Source of the DNA: Oceanispirochaeta sp.
Lineage (GTDB): Bacteria; Spirochaetota; Spirochaetia; DSM-2461
DNA: 64,000 bases
Direction of reading: 5' to 3'
Assembly (NCBI GenBank): GCA_963663385.2
Contig: CAXXXD010000002.1
Span: 768,001-832,000, forward strand
Positions 19,860-29,117 of the stretch are shown in pieces; positions within the stretch are counted from its first letter, which is position 1, and every line of letters begins with the position of its first letter. The notes beneath the pieces were generated by a model. It was given only the letters and a program-made list of their open reading frames with translations, made no database searches and was not told the origin of the DNA. A program made the translations under genes and the position numbers.

Positions 19860-20921
19860 ATGTCATATAAAGTAGCGGTTCTTCCCGGAGACGGGATCGG
19901 GCCTGAAGTCATGAAGTCGGCGCTGGATGTACTGGCCGCCGTGGAGAAAAAGTTCGGTTTCAAACTGGAACTGGAAGAAGGTCTGATAGGCGGATGTGCT
20001 TACGATGAGACGGGCGATCCCCTTCCTGAAGCCACAAAGAAAATCTGCCTTGCAGCGGATGCTGTTCTTCTGGGAAGCATCGGCGGTCCCAAATGGGACG
20101 GTCTTCCCCCTGAGAAAACCCCGGAGCTGGGAGGCCTTCTTGCTATTCGTAAAATGCTTAAACTCTATGCCAACCTGCGTCCGGCTGTGATCTACGAAGA
20201 ACTGAAAGCCATGTCGCCCCTGTCCGATAAGGTGCTCCGGGAAAAGGTTGATCTTTTAACAGTTCGAGAACTGGCCCATGGTATCTACTTCGGTGAACCC
20301 AAAGAGCTGAGCGATGACAGAGGCCTTGATACCATGGTCTATACAAGGGCGCAGGTCGAACGTATTGCCCGTCAGGGATTTGAAGCAGCCCGGAGAAGAA
20401 ATAAAAAACTCTGCTCTGTAGATAAGGCCAATGTCCTCTCCTCCTCCAAACTCTGGAGAAAGGTTGTGATTGAGGTGGCCAAAGACTACCCCGATGTGGA
20501 ACTGACTCATATGTATGTGGATAATGCGGCCATGCAGCTGATGCTGAATCCCCTGCAGTTTGACGTTATTGTTACCTCCAACCTCTTCGGTGATATTCTC
20601 TCCGATGAATCGGCCGCTATCTGCGGATCCCTGGGAATGCTGCCTTCCGCTTCTCTGGGAGAGAAGATCAGCCTTTTTGAACCATCCGGCGGAAGCGCCC
20701 CCGATATTGCAGGCAAAGGCATTGCCAACCCCATTGCCCAGATCCTTTCTCTGGCCATGATGCTGGAAATCTCCTTTAACCTGAACGATGCGGCCGCTGC
20801 CATCCGCAAGGCTATTGATGATTGTGTAACCGGCGGTATCCGTACCGGTGATATTGTGGATCCCGGTATGAAGGCTGTTTCCACAGAAGAGATGACAAAA
20901 GAGATTATCAGCCGGATCTGA
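19860..20921 (+). CDS. leuB: 3-isopropylmalate dehydrogenase
   Basis: PGDGIGPEV, VDKANVL, NLFGDILSD, GSAPDIAGKGIANP. Confidence 0.95.
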   Translation: MSYKVAVLPGDGIGPEVMKSALDVLAAVEKKFGFKLELEEGLIGGCAYDETGDPLPEATKKICLAADAVLLGSIGGPKWDGLPPEKTPELGGLLAIRKMLKLYANLRPAVIYEELKAMSPLSDKVLREKVDLLTVRELAHGIYFGEPKELSDDRGLDTMVYTRAQVERIARQGFEAARRRNKKLCSVDKANVLSSSKLWRKVVIEVAKDYPDVELTHMYVDNAAMQLMLNPLQFDVIVTSNLFGDILSDESAAICGSLGMLPSASLGEKISLFEPSGGSAPDIAGKGIANPIAQILSLAMMLEISFNLNDAAAAIRKAIDDCVTGGIRTGDIVDPGMKAVSTEEMTKEIISRI

Positions 20922-20950
20922 TCTCTTTCTGATTTAGCGTAAACGTGCTG

Positions 20951-20983
20951 AAGGGCTGTCCGATTCCGGGCAGCCCTTTTTTT
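20951..20983 (+). terminator. Rho-independent terminator after leuB
   Basis: AAGGGCTGTCCG-ATTC-CGGGCAGCCCTT-TTTTT. Confidence 0.85.
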
Positions 20984-21080
20984 CGATTCCTGATTTCCTT
21001 TATGGCAGTGACTCCCTGATTACCCTCCTTCAGTGCTGTTTCCACGACTCTTCTGATAGAAATGATCTTCTTTGAAGATT

Positions 21081-21130
21081 TTGTATGAATTAATATGAAT
21101 CCATATGAATTAACTTGATCGTATATGATC
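21081..21130 (+). promoter_or_regulatory. Five 10-bp-phased direct repeats (candidate operator array)
   Basis: ttgtATGAAT taatATGAAT ccatATGAAT taacTTGATC gtatATGATC just upstream of the oxidoreductase operon. Confidence 0.55.
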
Positions 21131-21193
21131 GTGTGTGTTATGCTGTCACTATATAACCAGTAGAGCGGCCCTGTTTTATAGTAAGGAGTTCAG

Positions 21194-22654
21194 ATGTCAG
21201 AAGTATTTGATGTAACAGTTATCGGAGCCGGAGTGACCGGTGCGGCCATTGCCCGGAAGCTTTCATCCTACAATTTGAAAACTGTCATTGTCGAAAAGGA
21301 GTGCGATGTCAGCTTCGGGGTGTCAAAGGCGAATTCCGGGATCATTCACGGCGGATTCCACCATGATTCCTCCTCCCTGAAATCCCGTCTGGAGGTTAAG
21401 GGAAATATTATGTTCGATCAGCTGAAGGAAGAGCTGCACTTTCCTTTTACCCGCTGCGGCATTGTAGTGGCGGCCTTCAATAACGAAGAGATGCGAACCG
21501 TTGAAAAACTTTATGAAAACGGTGTGAATAACAAGGCTGTAGGCATTGAATTGTGTAATCACGAGCGGATACTTGCCCTCGAACCCAAATTGAATCCCGA
21601 TGTAACGGGCGGTCTGTATGCTCCGGGAGGAGGGATTATCGAGCCCTACCGTTTTGTCTTTGCTCTTATGGAATCAGCCGGAAAGAACGGGGTTGAACTT
21701 CTGAAAGGTTTTCGGGTCGTCAGGGGGGTGCTGAAGGGAGACTATTATGAGATAAGCGCCGAAGACAGCCGGGTTATCAGGTCCAGATGGGTTGTGAATG
21801 CGGCAGGGCTGTACTGTGATCAGGTTTCCAGAGCCTTTCAGGCGGAAGAGTACGAGATTAAAGCCCGAAAGGGAGAGGAGTTTCTGCTGGATAAAAACTC
21901 ACCCGCCTATACAAGCCGGGTTGTTTTCCCGGCCCCTTCCAGAAAATCCAAGGGGATGCTGGTTATTCCCACGGTGGAGAAGACCACCATGGTGGGACCC
22001 ACAGCTGAAATGGTTGAGGACAAAGAGGATGCCGCCACATCCCGGGAGAATTTCTTCAAGATCTTTTCCAGTGCCAAAAGGCTGGTACCGGCAGTTTCGG
22101 AAAGGGATATTATCACCTCCTTTACCGGCCTCAGGCCGACTCTGGAGGGGGAGGATTTTTATATCAGCCCTTCCGGTAAAATCCCCCGTTTTATTCAGGT
22201 GGCCGGGATTCAGTCTCCTGGCCTGACCGCCTCTCCGGCTATTGCGGATTATGTGAAGGATATTCTGAAGAAACAGGGGCTTCGGCTGGTTGAAAAGCCG
22301 GATTATGATCCCCATATCGATAGGGTCCCCCGTTTTCATAACAGCAGCCGGGAAGAAGTGGACAGGCTGATAAAGGAAAATCCCGCCTACGGGGAAATCA
22401 TCTGCCGCTGTGAAAGTATTTCAGAAGCAGAGATTGTTGCCGCTATCCGGCAGGGTCATACGACTCTGGATGGAATCAAGTTCTATACAAGAGCCATGAT
22501 GGGGCGCTGCCAGGGTGGATTCTGCACCTATAAGATAATGAAAATTATCTCCCGGGAGACGGGAATCCCCATGGATGAGATCACAAAAAGGGGCGGATCC
22601 AGCTGGATTGTTAATAAAAAGGTGGGGGATTATCCCCTGGGAAAAGAATCATGA
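21194..22654 (+). CDS. FAD-dependent oxidoreductase with C-terminal BFD-like [2Fe-2S] domain (GlpA-like glycerol-3-phosphate dehydrogenase)
   Basis: VIGAGVTG, SKANSGIIHGG, SPGLTASPA, ICRCE...GRCQGGFC. Confidence 0.85.
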   Translation: MSEVFDVTVIGAGVTGAAIARKLSSYNLKTVIVEKECDVSFGVSKANSGIIHGGFHHDSSSLKSRLEVKGNIMFDQLKEELHFPFTRCGIVVAAFNNEEMRTVEKLYENGVNNKAVGIELCNHERILALEPKLNPDVTGGLYAPGGGIIEPYRFVFALMESAGKNGVELLKGFRVVRGVLKGDYYEISAEDSRVIRSRWVVNAAGLYCDQVSRAFQAEEYEIKARKGEEFLLDKNSPAYTSRVVFPAPSRKSKGMLVIPTVEKTTMVGPTAEMVEDKEDAATSRENFFKIFSSAKRLVPAVSERDIITSFTGLRPTLEGEDFYISPSGKIPRFIQVAGIQSPGLTASPAIADYVKDILKKQGLRLVEKPDYDPHIDRVPRFHNSSREEVDRLIKENPAYGEIICRCESISEAEIVAAIRQGHTTLDGIKFYTRAMMGRCQGGFCTYKIMKIISRETGIPMDEITKRGGSSWIVNKKVGDYPLGKES

Positions 22655-23913
22655 AAAAGATTACCAAAGAAGTTCTTGTCATAGGCGGCGGTTCCGCCGG
22701 AATGGCCGCTGCAGCCGAAATTTCAGAGAAGGGGCATTCTGTTGTCATTATTGAACGGGAATCCACCATGGGCGGTATCCTCAATCAGTGTATTCACAAC
22801 GGGTTTGGTCTGCACCGCTTTAAAGAGGAACTGACCGGTCCGGAATATGCCGAAAAATACATCGGTATCATAAAAGGACTGGGTATTGAATACTATACGG
22901 GAACAACCGTATCCGAAATTGAAGATAGGGGGGATTATAAAGTTGTTTATGCCTTTTCTTCCGTTAACGGAATGCTGGAAATAACCGTACAGGCCATTGT
23001 CCTGGCTATGGGGTGCCGTGAAAGAAACCGGGGGAATATCGGTACCGCCGGAACCAGGCCCTCCGGAATCTATACGGCGGGCCTGGCCCAGAGGCTGGTC
23101 AATGTGGACGGCCTGATGCCAGGATCAAGGTGTGTGATTGTAGGCTCGGGCGATATCGGTCTGATTATGGCCAGACGGATGTCCTGGGTGGGAGCGAAGG
23201 TCAGCGCTGTGGTGGAGATTCAGCCCTATCCGGCAGGTCTGACCAGAAATATCGTTCAGTGTCTGAATGACTTTGATATTCCCCTCTACCTCTCCCATGT
23301 GGTATCCCGGATTTATGGAAAGGACCGGGTGGAAGGCGTGGATATTACCCCTCTGAAAAACGGTATGGAAATGGTAGAGGATACCTTTCATGTGGAGTGC
23401 GACACCCTTCTTCTCTCCGTGGGGCTCGTCCCGGATAACGAAGTGTCACAGAAAGCGGGGGTAGAAATCAACAAAGAGACCAGCGGTCCCCTTGTTGACA
23501 GCAGGCTGATGACCAGTGTGGAGGGGATTTTTGCCAGCGGCAATGTGCTGCATGTTCACGATCTGGTGGATTATGTCACTGAAGAGTCACAGCGCTGCGG
23601 GACTTATGTTTGCGAATATCTTGAAAACAGAAAAGAGCAGGAACAGTATTCCATTACGCCCGGGAGCAACCTAAAATATGTTGTTCCCAATAAGTTTGCA
23701 GCCGGAAGGGATAATAAATTTTATATGCGGAGTATGATTGTCAAGAATCAGGCCCAGCTTGTTCTTACTCTGGACGGGAAAGAGATCGTACGAAAAAAAC
23801 AGACTCACATTCAGCCGTCCGAGATGATCAGCTATACCCTGAAAAAAGAGGACCTTCCACAGGAAGCATTAAATGAAGACAGCTGTCTGGAAATCAGTCT
23901 GATGGAATCATAA
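22651..23913 (+). CDS. FAD/NAD(P)-dependent pyridine nucleotide-disulfide oxidoreductase (partner of the GlpA-like subunit)
   Basis: IGGGSAG, GGILNQCIHNGFG, GSGDIGLIMARR, GNVLHVHDLVD; ATGA overlap. Confidence 0.85.
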   Translation: MKKITKEVLVIGGGSAGMAAAAEISEKGHSVVIIERESTMGGILNQCIHNGFGLHRFKEELTGPEYAEKYIGIIKGLGIEYYTGTTVSEIEDRGDYKVVYAFSSVNGMLEITVQAIVLAMGCRERNRGNIGTAGTRPSGIYTAGLAQRLVNVDGLMPGSRCVIVGSGDIGLIMARRMSWVGAKVSAVVEIQPYPAGLTRNIVQCLNDFDIPLYLSHVVSRIYGKDRVEGVDITPLKNGMEMVEDTFHVECDTLLLSVGLVPDNEVSQKAGVEINKETSGPLVDSRLMTSVEGIFASGNVLHVHDLVDYVTEESQRCGTYVCEYLENRKEQEQYSITPGSNLKYVVPNKFAAGRDNKFYMRSMIVKNQAQLVLTLDGKEIVRKKQTHIQPSEMISYTLKKEDLPQEALNEDSCLEISLMES

Positions 23914-23938
23914 TCAAAAGGGAAACGAGGAGAAAAGT

Positions 23939-24313
23939 ATGAAAAAGAGCATGATCTGTATCAGCTGCCCCATCGGGTGTCATCTGACGGTTTCCTGCAG
24001 TGACAGTGAAACTGTTACCCCTGAGACCATTCAGGTGGAGGGAAATAAATGCCCCCGGGGGATAATCTACGGCAAAGAGGAGATATTCGCTCCCAAACGG
24101 GTTGTTACCGCAACCTGTGCCATTGAATCGGGGCTGATGGACCGTATACCTGTAAAATCCACCGGAGCCGTAATGAAAGAGGATATCAACGGACTTCTGA
24201 AGGAGCTGTATCAGATGCGGCTGACGGCGCCCGCAAAAATGGGAGATGTGATTATCCGTGACTATAAAAAATCCGGTGTGGATATTGTCACCACCCGGTC
24301 ATTGCTGAGTTAA
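23939..24313 (+). CDS. DUF1667-family small metal-binding protein
   Basis: CISCPIGC...GNKCPRG; third gene of the conserved GlpA-like triad. Confidence 0.85.
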   Translation: MKKSMICISCPIGCHLTVSCSDSETVTPETIQVEGNKCPRGIIYGKEEIFAPKRVVTATCAIESGLMDRIPVKSTGAVMKEDINGLLKELYQMRLTAPAKMGDVIIRDYKKSGVDIVTTRSLLS

Positions 24314-24342
24314 AACCTTTTCCCTACACCTTCGGGGGAAGG
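24299..24342 (+). repeat. Imperfect direct repeat copy 1 (DUF1667 3' end + hairpin)
   Basis: TCATTGCTGAGTTAAAACCTTTTCCCTACACCTTCGGGGGAAGG; copy 2 at 24531-24576. Confidence 0.8.
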
Positions 24343-24360
24343 TGTGTTATTAAAGTTACT

Positions 24361-24390
24361 TCTCCCCATGAGGGGAGACCGAGAGGGGTC
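24361..24390. repeat. REP-like palindrome
   Basis: TCTCCCCATGAGGGGAGACCGAGAGGGGTC; its reverse complement resembles GACCCCTCTCAGTCTCCCC...GGGGAGA at about 37354. Confidence 0.65.
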
Positions 24391-24397
24391 TGGCCTG

Positions 24398-24535
24398 TCA
24401 GTAGTAGTAATACAAATTTCCGCTTATATCGAAGGATGTTACACCCACCCCATAAATATTAAAATCCATTTCCAGCCTTTCCGGGTCGCAATAAGTAAAA
24501 TTGATGTCCCACCCCGTGCTGGCCTGGATCTCATT
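24398..24535 (-). pseudogene. Orphan 3' fragment of a divergent allele of the adjacent lipoprotein gene
   Basis: Translates NEIQASTGWDINFTYCDPERLEMDFNIYGVGVTSFDISGNLYYYY*, about 22/45 identical by manual alignment to the C-terminus of 24609..26240; no start or RBS for the full fragment. Confidence 0.85.
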
Positions 24536-24576
24536 GCTAAGTTAAAAACCATTTCCCTTCACCCTTCGGGGGAAGG
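24531..24576 (+). repeat. Imperfect direct repeat copy 2 (second DUF1667 3' end + hairpin)
   Basis: TCATTGCTAAGTTAAAAACCATTTCCCTTCACCCTTCGGGGGAAGG; still reads S-L-L-S-stop like the DUF1667 end. Confidence 0.8.
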
Positions 24577-24608
24577 GTTAGGGATGGGGGTCTGAGAAGG
24601 GGGTTCTT

Positions 24609-26240
24609 TTATCGATAATAATAAAGCTTTCCATTGATATTATATGTACCACCGGCATCCTGAATAGTAAAATCAACTACAAGGGTTTCCTCTGTATTCA
24701 TATCAAAGTTGATAGGCCATCCGGCTTGAGCTTCTATCTCATTCGGTGAATTGTCAGGATGTCTGAACCAGACCATATCATCTACAGTATCAAGAGTCGT
24801 ATAACCGCTGGTATCACCGATGGTTATGGGAAAAGATCCGTCTGTTTCCAGCTCAATTCCATGATCGCCTGATATTGTAAAGTTCAGGGTAGCGCCTTCT
24901 GCTCTTGTTGTAAACTCTGCCGATACATCACTTGAATAGAAGTATTGGTTTGGTATGGAATTAATCATTCCCGTATATTGAACGGCATGATATTTCTGCG
25001 GCGTACTGCTGGAGCCGGTTTTATATAACAGATTCATATTAACAGCATCTGTATCGTAACTGCCGCTGTCGGAAATATTAAAACTGAAGTTTTGAACCTC
25101 ACCCAAGTTAACATCATCCCAACCGGGGAATTTGGGGTAGCGTACTTCCATGCCGATACTGTCATTTATGGCTGTTGAACCTCCTCCGAAATAATCCGTC
25201 CCATTATGATTTGATGATACATTCCATCTGTTGAATGTTGAATCATAGCTAATGTTATGGGATGTTCCGATACCGCTGGAACGATTAATAAACAGATTGT
25301 AATTCAGGTTTGTGTCATAAGAACCATAACTGTCATTGAATGTATAAAAAGCATAGATAAAGTTCTCATCCTGAGCCAGATATATCTCATTATAATCTGA
25401 ATTGTACTGACTATAACCGTCTGTTTCGTCCGGATCAGTATACCAGGGAGAAATGGAAGCCCAGTCCTCATTGTTTCCATCTATAACCGGAGTCAGTACG
25501 GGTAAATTCAAAACGGACTGATCAATATCCGGATCGGTCTGCCAGGTGGGTCTGAGTACGAAGGAAGGGGCATTATCCGTATCGTCCACGGTTCTGCTCT
25601 CACTCTCGTACCACATGTCCACATTCAGTTCATAAGCGGTCCCGTATTCCAGGTTCTCCAGGTAGCTCCCCTTGTAGATGGCCACCTCCAGGGCGTTGGC
25701 GTCCGTATCCATCCCGGCAAAGCGGATCTGGGGATTGGCAATATTCGTCCACTCCCAGCTTGTGGATTCATTCTTGTACCCCATCCAGGTATTGTACGAA
25801 CCGTTTATATCATGGCTCATACTGAAAATCTGAAGATGGCTGCCGTGACCTTCCTCATCAACTTCAGGTCCGTTCATATTAACATGAATATGCAGCTCTT
25901 CTGTCTGACAGGGAGGGTAACCGTGGGTTGATATATAGAGGTAAATATTGTTGGCGTCCTCCGCTATTTTTATCTGGTACAGGTCTCCCCCGTCGGGCAT
26001 TTCGGTACCTTCGGCAAGATCTCCTTCGGAGTCCACGTAAACCGGGGATATGGCGTCCCAGTCCGCGGTATCACCATCAATTACAAGACCTTCCGCACTG
26101 GCAATTTCTCCGGAACTGACGTTCCGGTCCGGGTCATAGGGGTTGTCGAACTCGTAGTCATTATATAAAAAGCACCCTCCTGCCAGAGTCAGGGTCAGGA
26201 GGGCCGCTAGAATATAAGGTGATCTTTTCATGTTTTTCAT
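24609..26240 (-). CDS. Acidic lipoprotein with two internal DOMON/CBM9-like repeats, function unknown
   Basis: Signal peptide with lipobox LAGGC; repeats VIDGDTADWDAISPVYVD...EDANNIY and VIDGNNEDWASISPWYTD...QDENFIY. Confidence 0.75.
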   Translation of the reverse strand: MKNMKRSPYILAALLTLTLAGGCFLYNDYEFDNPYDPDRNVSSGEIASAEGLVIDGDTADWDAISPVYVDSEGDLAEGTEMPDGGDLYQIKIAEDANNIYLYISTHGYPPCQTEELHIHVNMNGPEVDEEGHGSHLQIFSMSHDINGSYNTWMGYKNESTSWEWTNIANPQIRFAGMDTDANALEVAIYKGSYLENLEYGTAYELNVDMWYESESRTVDDTDNAPSFVLRPTWQTDPDIDQSVLNLPVLTPVIDGNNEDWASISPWYTDPDETDGYSQYNSDYNEIYLAQDENFIYAFYTFNDSYGSYDTNLNYNLFINRSSGIGTSHNISYDSTFNRWNVSSNHNGTDYFGGGSTAINDSIGMEVRYPKFPGWDDVNLGEVQNFSFNISDSGSYDTDAVNMNLLYKTGSSSTPQKYHAVQYTGMINSIPNQYFYSSDVSAEFTTRAEGATLNFTISGDHGIELETDGSFPITIGDTSGYTTLDTVDDMVWFRHPDNSPNEIEAQAGWPINFDMNTEETLVVDFTIQDAGGTYNINGKLYYYR

Positions 26241-26427
26241 TATAGCAGAGGATCTTACCAGACTCTATGTTAAATTTAAACAAGCCCGTCATTTCCAATG
26301 GTTCTTCTGTCAGGAATTAGAGATAATCCGGTTAGTGAACGGTTGACTTTTACCTGTTCCGTTAAGGTTTGTTAACATGGGCGGTTTTTCTTTGACTAAA
26401 TGGCGGTTCTGTTTTTAATGTGTTTTT

Positions 26428-27309
26428 ATGGACCAACTGGATCAATTGGAAAGCATCGGCATCCGCATCCTCCGGGAAGCGTATGCCAACTTCAGGAACC
26501 TGTGCATGCTCTGGTCAATCGGCAAAGACAGCACCGTCCTCCTGTGGCTGGCCCGTAAAGCCTTCTACGGTCATGTCCCTTTTCCTCTGGTGCACATCGA
26601 TACCCATCATAAAATCCCGGAGATGATCGAGTACCGGGACCGTCTGACCAGGGAGTGGAAACTCCCCATGGTTTACGGGGAGAACGCGGAAGCCCTCGAA
26701 GCCAAACAAACCTTCCCGGACGGGAAGGCCGACCGTCTGACCTGCTGCCGGCTGCTTAAGGCGGAAGCCCTGAAGAATACCCTGAACGGAAGCTGGAAGC
26801 GCTACCGTTTTGATCATAACGCCGACCGGTATGCTCCGGATGAAGACACAGAGATGTATACCGGTGTCATCGTGGGCGTCCGGGCGGATGAAGAGGGCTC
26901 CCGTTCCAAGGAGAGGTATTTCAGCCCCCGGGACAGGGAGAATATCTGGGATGTGGGGGACCAGCCCCCCGAGTTCTGGAACCAGTTTAAAACGGATTAT
27001 GCTCCGGGAACCCATGTCAGGATCCATCCCCTTCTGGACTGGACTGAGCTGAATATCTGGGAGTATATCCAGAGGGAGAGTATCCCGACGGTCTCCCTCT
27101 ATTACAACCGGGGGGACGGCAAACGCTACCGGTCTCTGGGCTGCGGCCCCTGTACGGTTCCCGTGGAATCGGATGCCAGGACTGTGGCGGAAATTATCGA
27201 AGAGCTGAAAACCGGCAGGTTCGCCAATATAGCCGAGCGGTCCGGTCGGGCCCAGGACAAGGATGACGGGGGCGGTCTGGAAACCCTCAGGCGGGACGGG
27301 TACATGTAA
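26428..27309 (+). CDS. cysD: Sulfate adenylyltransferase subunit 2
   Basis: [10 protein letters not shown]-loop, [35 protein letters not shown]-terminal GYM; TAATG coupling to cysN. Confidence 0.92.
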   Translation: MDQLDQLESIGIRILREAYANFRNLCMLWSIGKDSTVLLWLARKAFYGHVPFPLVHIDTHHKIPEMIEYRDRLTREWKLPMVYGENAEALEAKQTFPDGKADRLTCCRLLKAEALKNTLNGSWKRYRFDHNADRYAPDEDTEMYTGVIVGVRADEEGSRSKERYFSPRDRENIWDVGDQPPEFWNQFKTDYAPGTHVRIHPLLDWTELNIWEYIQRESIPTVSLYYNRGDGKRYRSLGCGPCTVPVESDARTVAEIIEELKTGRFANIAERSGRAQDKDDGGGLETLRRDGYM

Positions 27310-29117
27310 TGCGGAAAGAACAGATGAATATCGTTTTTACCGGTCATGTGGATCACGGAAAGAGCACCGTGGTGGGGCGTCTCCTGGCAGACACGGAGAG
27401 CCTTCCCGAAGGAAAGCTGGAACAGGTGAAAAAAGAGTGTGAGAGAAACTCAAAACCCTTCGAGTATGCCTTTCTGCTGGATGCTCTCAAGGATGAACAG
27501 TCCCAGGGAATTACTATCGATTCGGCCCGGGTGTTTTTCAACACGGATAAGCGGGACTACATAATTATTGATGCGCCGGGGCATATAGAGTTTCTGAAAA
27601 ACATGATTACCGGAGCGGCCCGGGCGGAAGCGGCCTTCCTGGTGATTGATGCGGACGAAGGGGTCCAGGAAAACTCCCGCCGTCACGGCTACCTCCTTTC
27701 CATGCTGGGAATCCGGCAGCTTTGCGTACTGGTTAATAAAATGGACCTTGTTGACTACAGCCGGCCTGTCTATAACCGGATCGTCCGGAGGTATACCCGC
27801 TTTCTGCGGAATATCAATCTGAGTGATGTCAATTTTATTCCTGTCAGCGGCCGGGAAGGGGACAATATCTTTCACAAGGGTGAGAACATGCCCTGGTGGG
27901 ACGGGGGAACGGTTCTGGATCTGCTGGATAATTTTGAAAAAGAGAAGGACCTGATCCATCTGCCCATGCGGATGCCCGTTACGGATATCTACAAATTTAC
28001 CAATCACGGCGACAGCCGGCGTATTATAGCCGGCACTGTGGAAACGGGGTATTTCACTCAGGGGGACGAACTGATCTTCTACCCCTCCGGGAAGAAAAGC
28101 CGCATAAAATCGGTGGAGGCATTTAACGCGGATGTCCCTGACAGAATCAGTGCCGGCATGGCTACCGGGGTGACTCTGGAAGAGCAGATCTATCTTTCCC
28201 GGGGGGCTGTCGCCTGCCGGTCCGACCAGATGCCCCCCAAAGTGGGGAACTGCCTTAAAGTCAGCCTTTTCTGGCTGGGGAAAGAGTCCCTGAAAACGGG
28301 GAAAGAGTACTTCCTCAAGACTGGAACCGCCAGAGTCCGGGCCCAGCTTGTGGAAGTTTCAAGGGTCATAGACGCATCTACCCTTGATGCCGAAGTCAGG
28401 GATAATCAGGTGAACCGTCATGATGTGGCCGAATGCGTATTCAGTCTGCAGAAGGCAATCGCCTTTGATCTGGTGGAAGAACTTCCTCAGACCAGCCGTT
28501 TCGTTCTGGTGGATGAGTATGAAATCGCCGGGGGCGGGATTATCCGTGATCTGGATGACCGGGGACAGGCCGAGTATGGGGAAAAACTGATCAGGCGGAA
28601 CCTGGAATGGGAGAATGGCATTGTAACAGAACTGGACCGGATGCAGGCTTACGGTCAGAGACCCGCCCTTATCCTTGTTACGGGAGAACAGGGCTGCGGG
28701 AAAAAAGTTTTTGCGGAAAAGCTGGAAAAAGAGTTTTTCCGTCTGGAGAAGAAAGTCTACTACCTGGGGTATAAAAGCCTTGAATACGGGCTGGATTCGG
28801 ATCTGAAGACGGGAAAGCGCTTCCGGCTGCAGCAGGCTGTCCGGGAGGAGCATATCCGCAGGATTGCCGAAATTGCCCATATTATGATGGATGCCGGGCT
28901 TTTTCTTATCATCAGGATTGATAACCTGTCTTATGAGGAACGGGATCTGATTCAGCTTCTGATCGGTTCGTCCCGACTGAAAACTGTATGGGTCGGGAAG
29001 GATATAACAACGGATATAGAACCGGACTGGCATATTAAACGGCCACTGGATGTGGACGAACACATGAGGAAGGTGGAACAGATTATGATCGATTGGGAAC
29101 TGGTAGAGGTACGGTGA
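27309..29117 (+). CDS. cysN: Sulfate adenylyltransferase subunit 1 (GTPase) fused to a degenerate APS-kinase-like domain
   Basis: [25 protein letters not shown]-terminal GEQGCGKK...[17 protein letters not shown]. Confidence 0.9.
   Translation: MRKEQMNIVFTGHVDHGKSTVVGRLLADTESLPEGKLEQVKKECERNSKPFEYAFLLDALKDEQSQGITIDSARVFFNTDKRDYIIIDAPGHIEFLKNMITGAARAEAAFLVIDADEGVQENSRRHGYLLSMLGIRQLCVLVNKMDLVDYSRPVYNRIVRRYTRFLRNINLSDVNFIPVSGREGDNIFHKGENMPWWDGGTVLDLLDNFEKEKDLIHLPMRMPVTDIYKFTNHGDSRRIIAGTVETGYFTQGDELIFYPSGKKSRIKSVEAFNADVPDRISAGMATGVTLEEQIYLSRGAVACRSDQMPPKVGNCLKVSLFWLGKESLKTGKEYFLKTGTARVRAQLVEVSRVIDASTLDAEVRDNQVNRHDVAECVFSLQKAIAFDLVEELPQTSRFVLVDEYEIAGGGIIRDLDDRGQAEYGEKLIRRNLEWENGIVTELDRMQAYGQRPALILVTGEQGCGKKVFAEKLEKEFFRLEKKVYYLGYKSLEYGLDSDLKTGKRFRLQQAVREEHIRRIAEIAHIMMDAGLFLIIRIDNLSYEERDLIQLLIGSSRLKTVWVGKDITTDIEPDWHIKRPLDVDEHMRKVEQIMIDWELVEVR

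Noticed and set aside
24344..24595. 83-aa plus-strand ORF in the track
   Set aside because: It is the antisense frame of the orphan lipoprotein fragment plus repeats, with no RBS
24398..24760. Diversity-generating retroelement TR/VR pair
   Set aside because: Differences are not confined to adenines, include an indel and give only about 49% aa identity; there is no reverse transcriptase in the window
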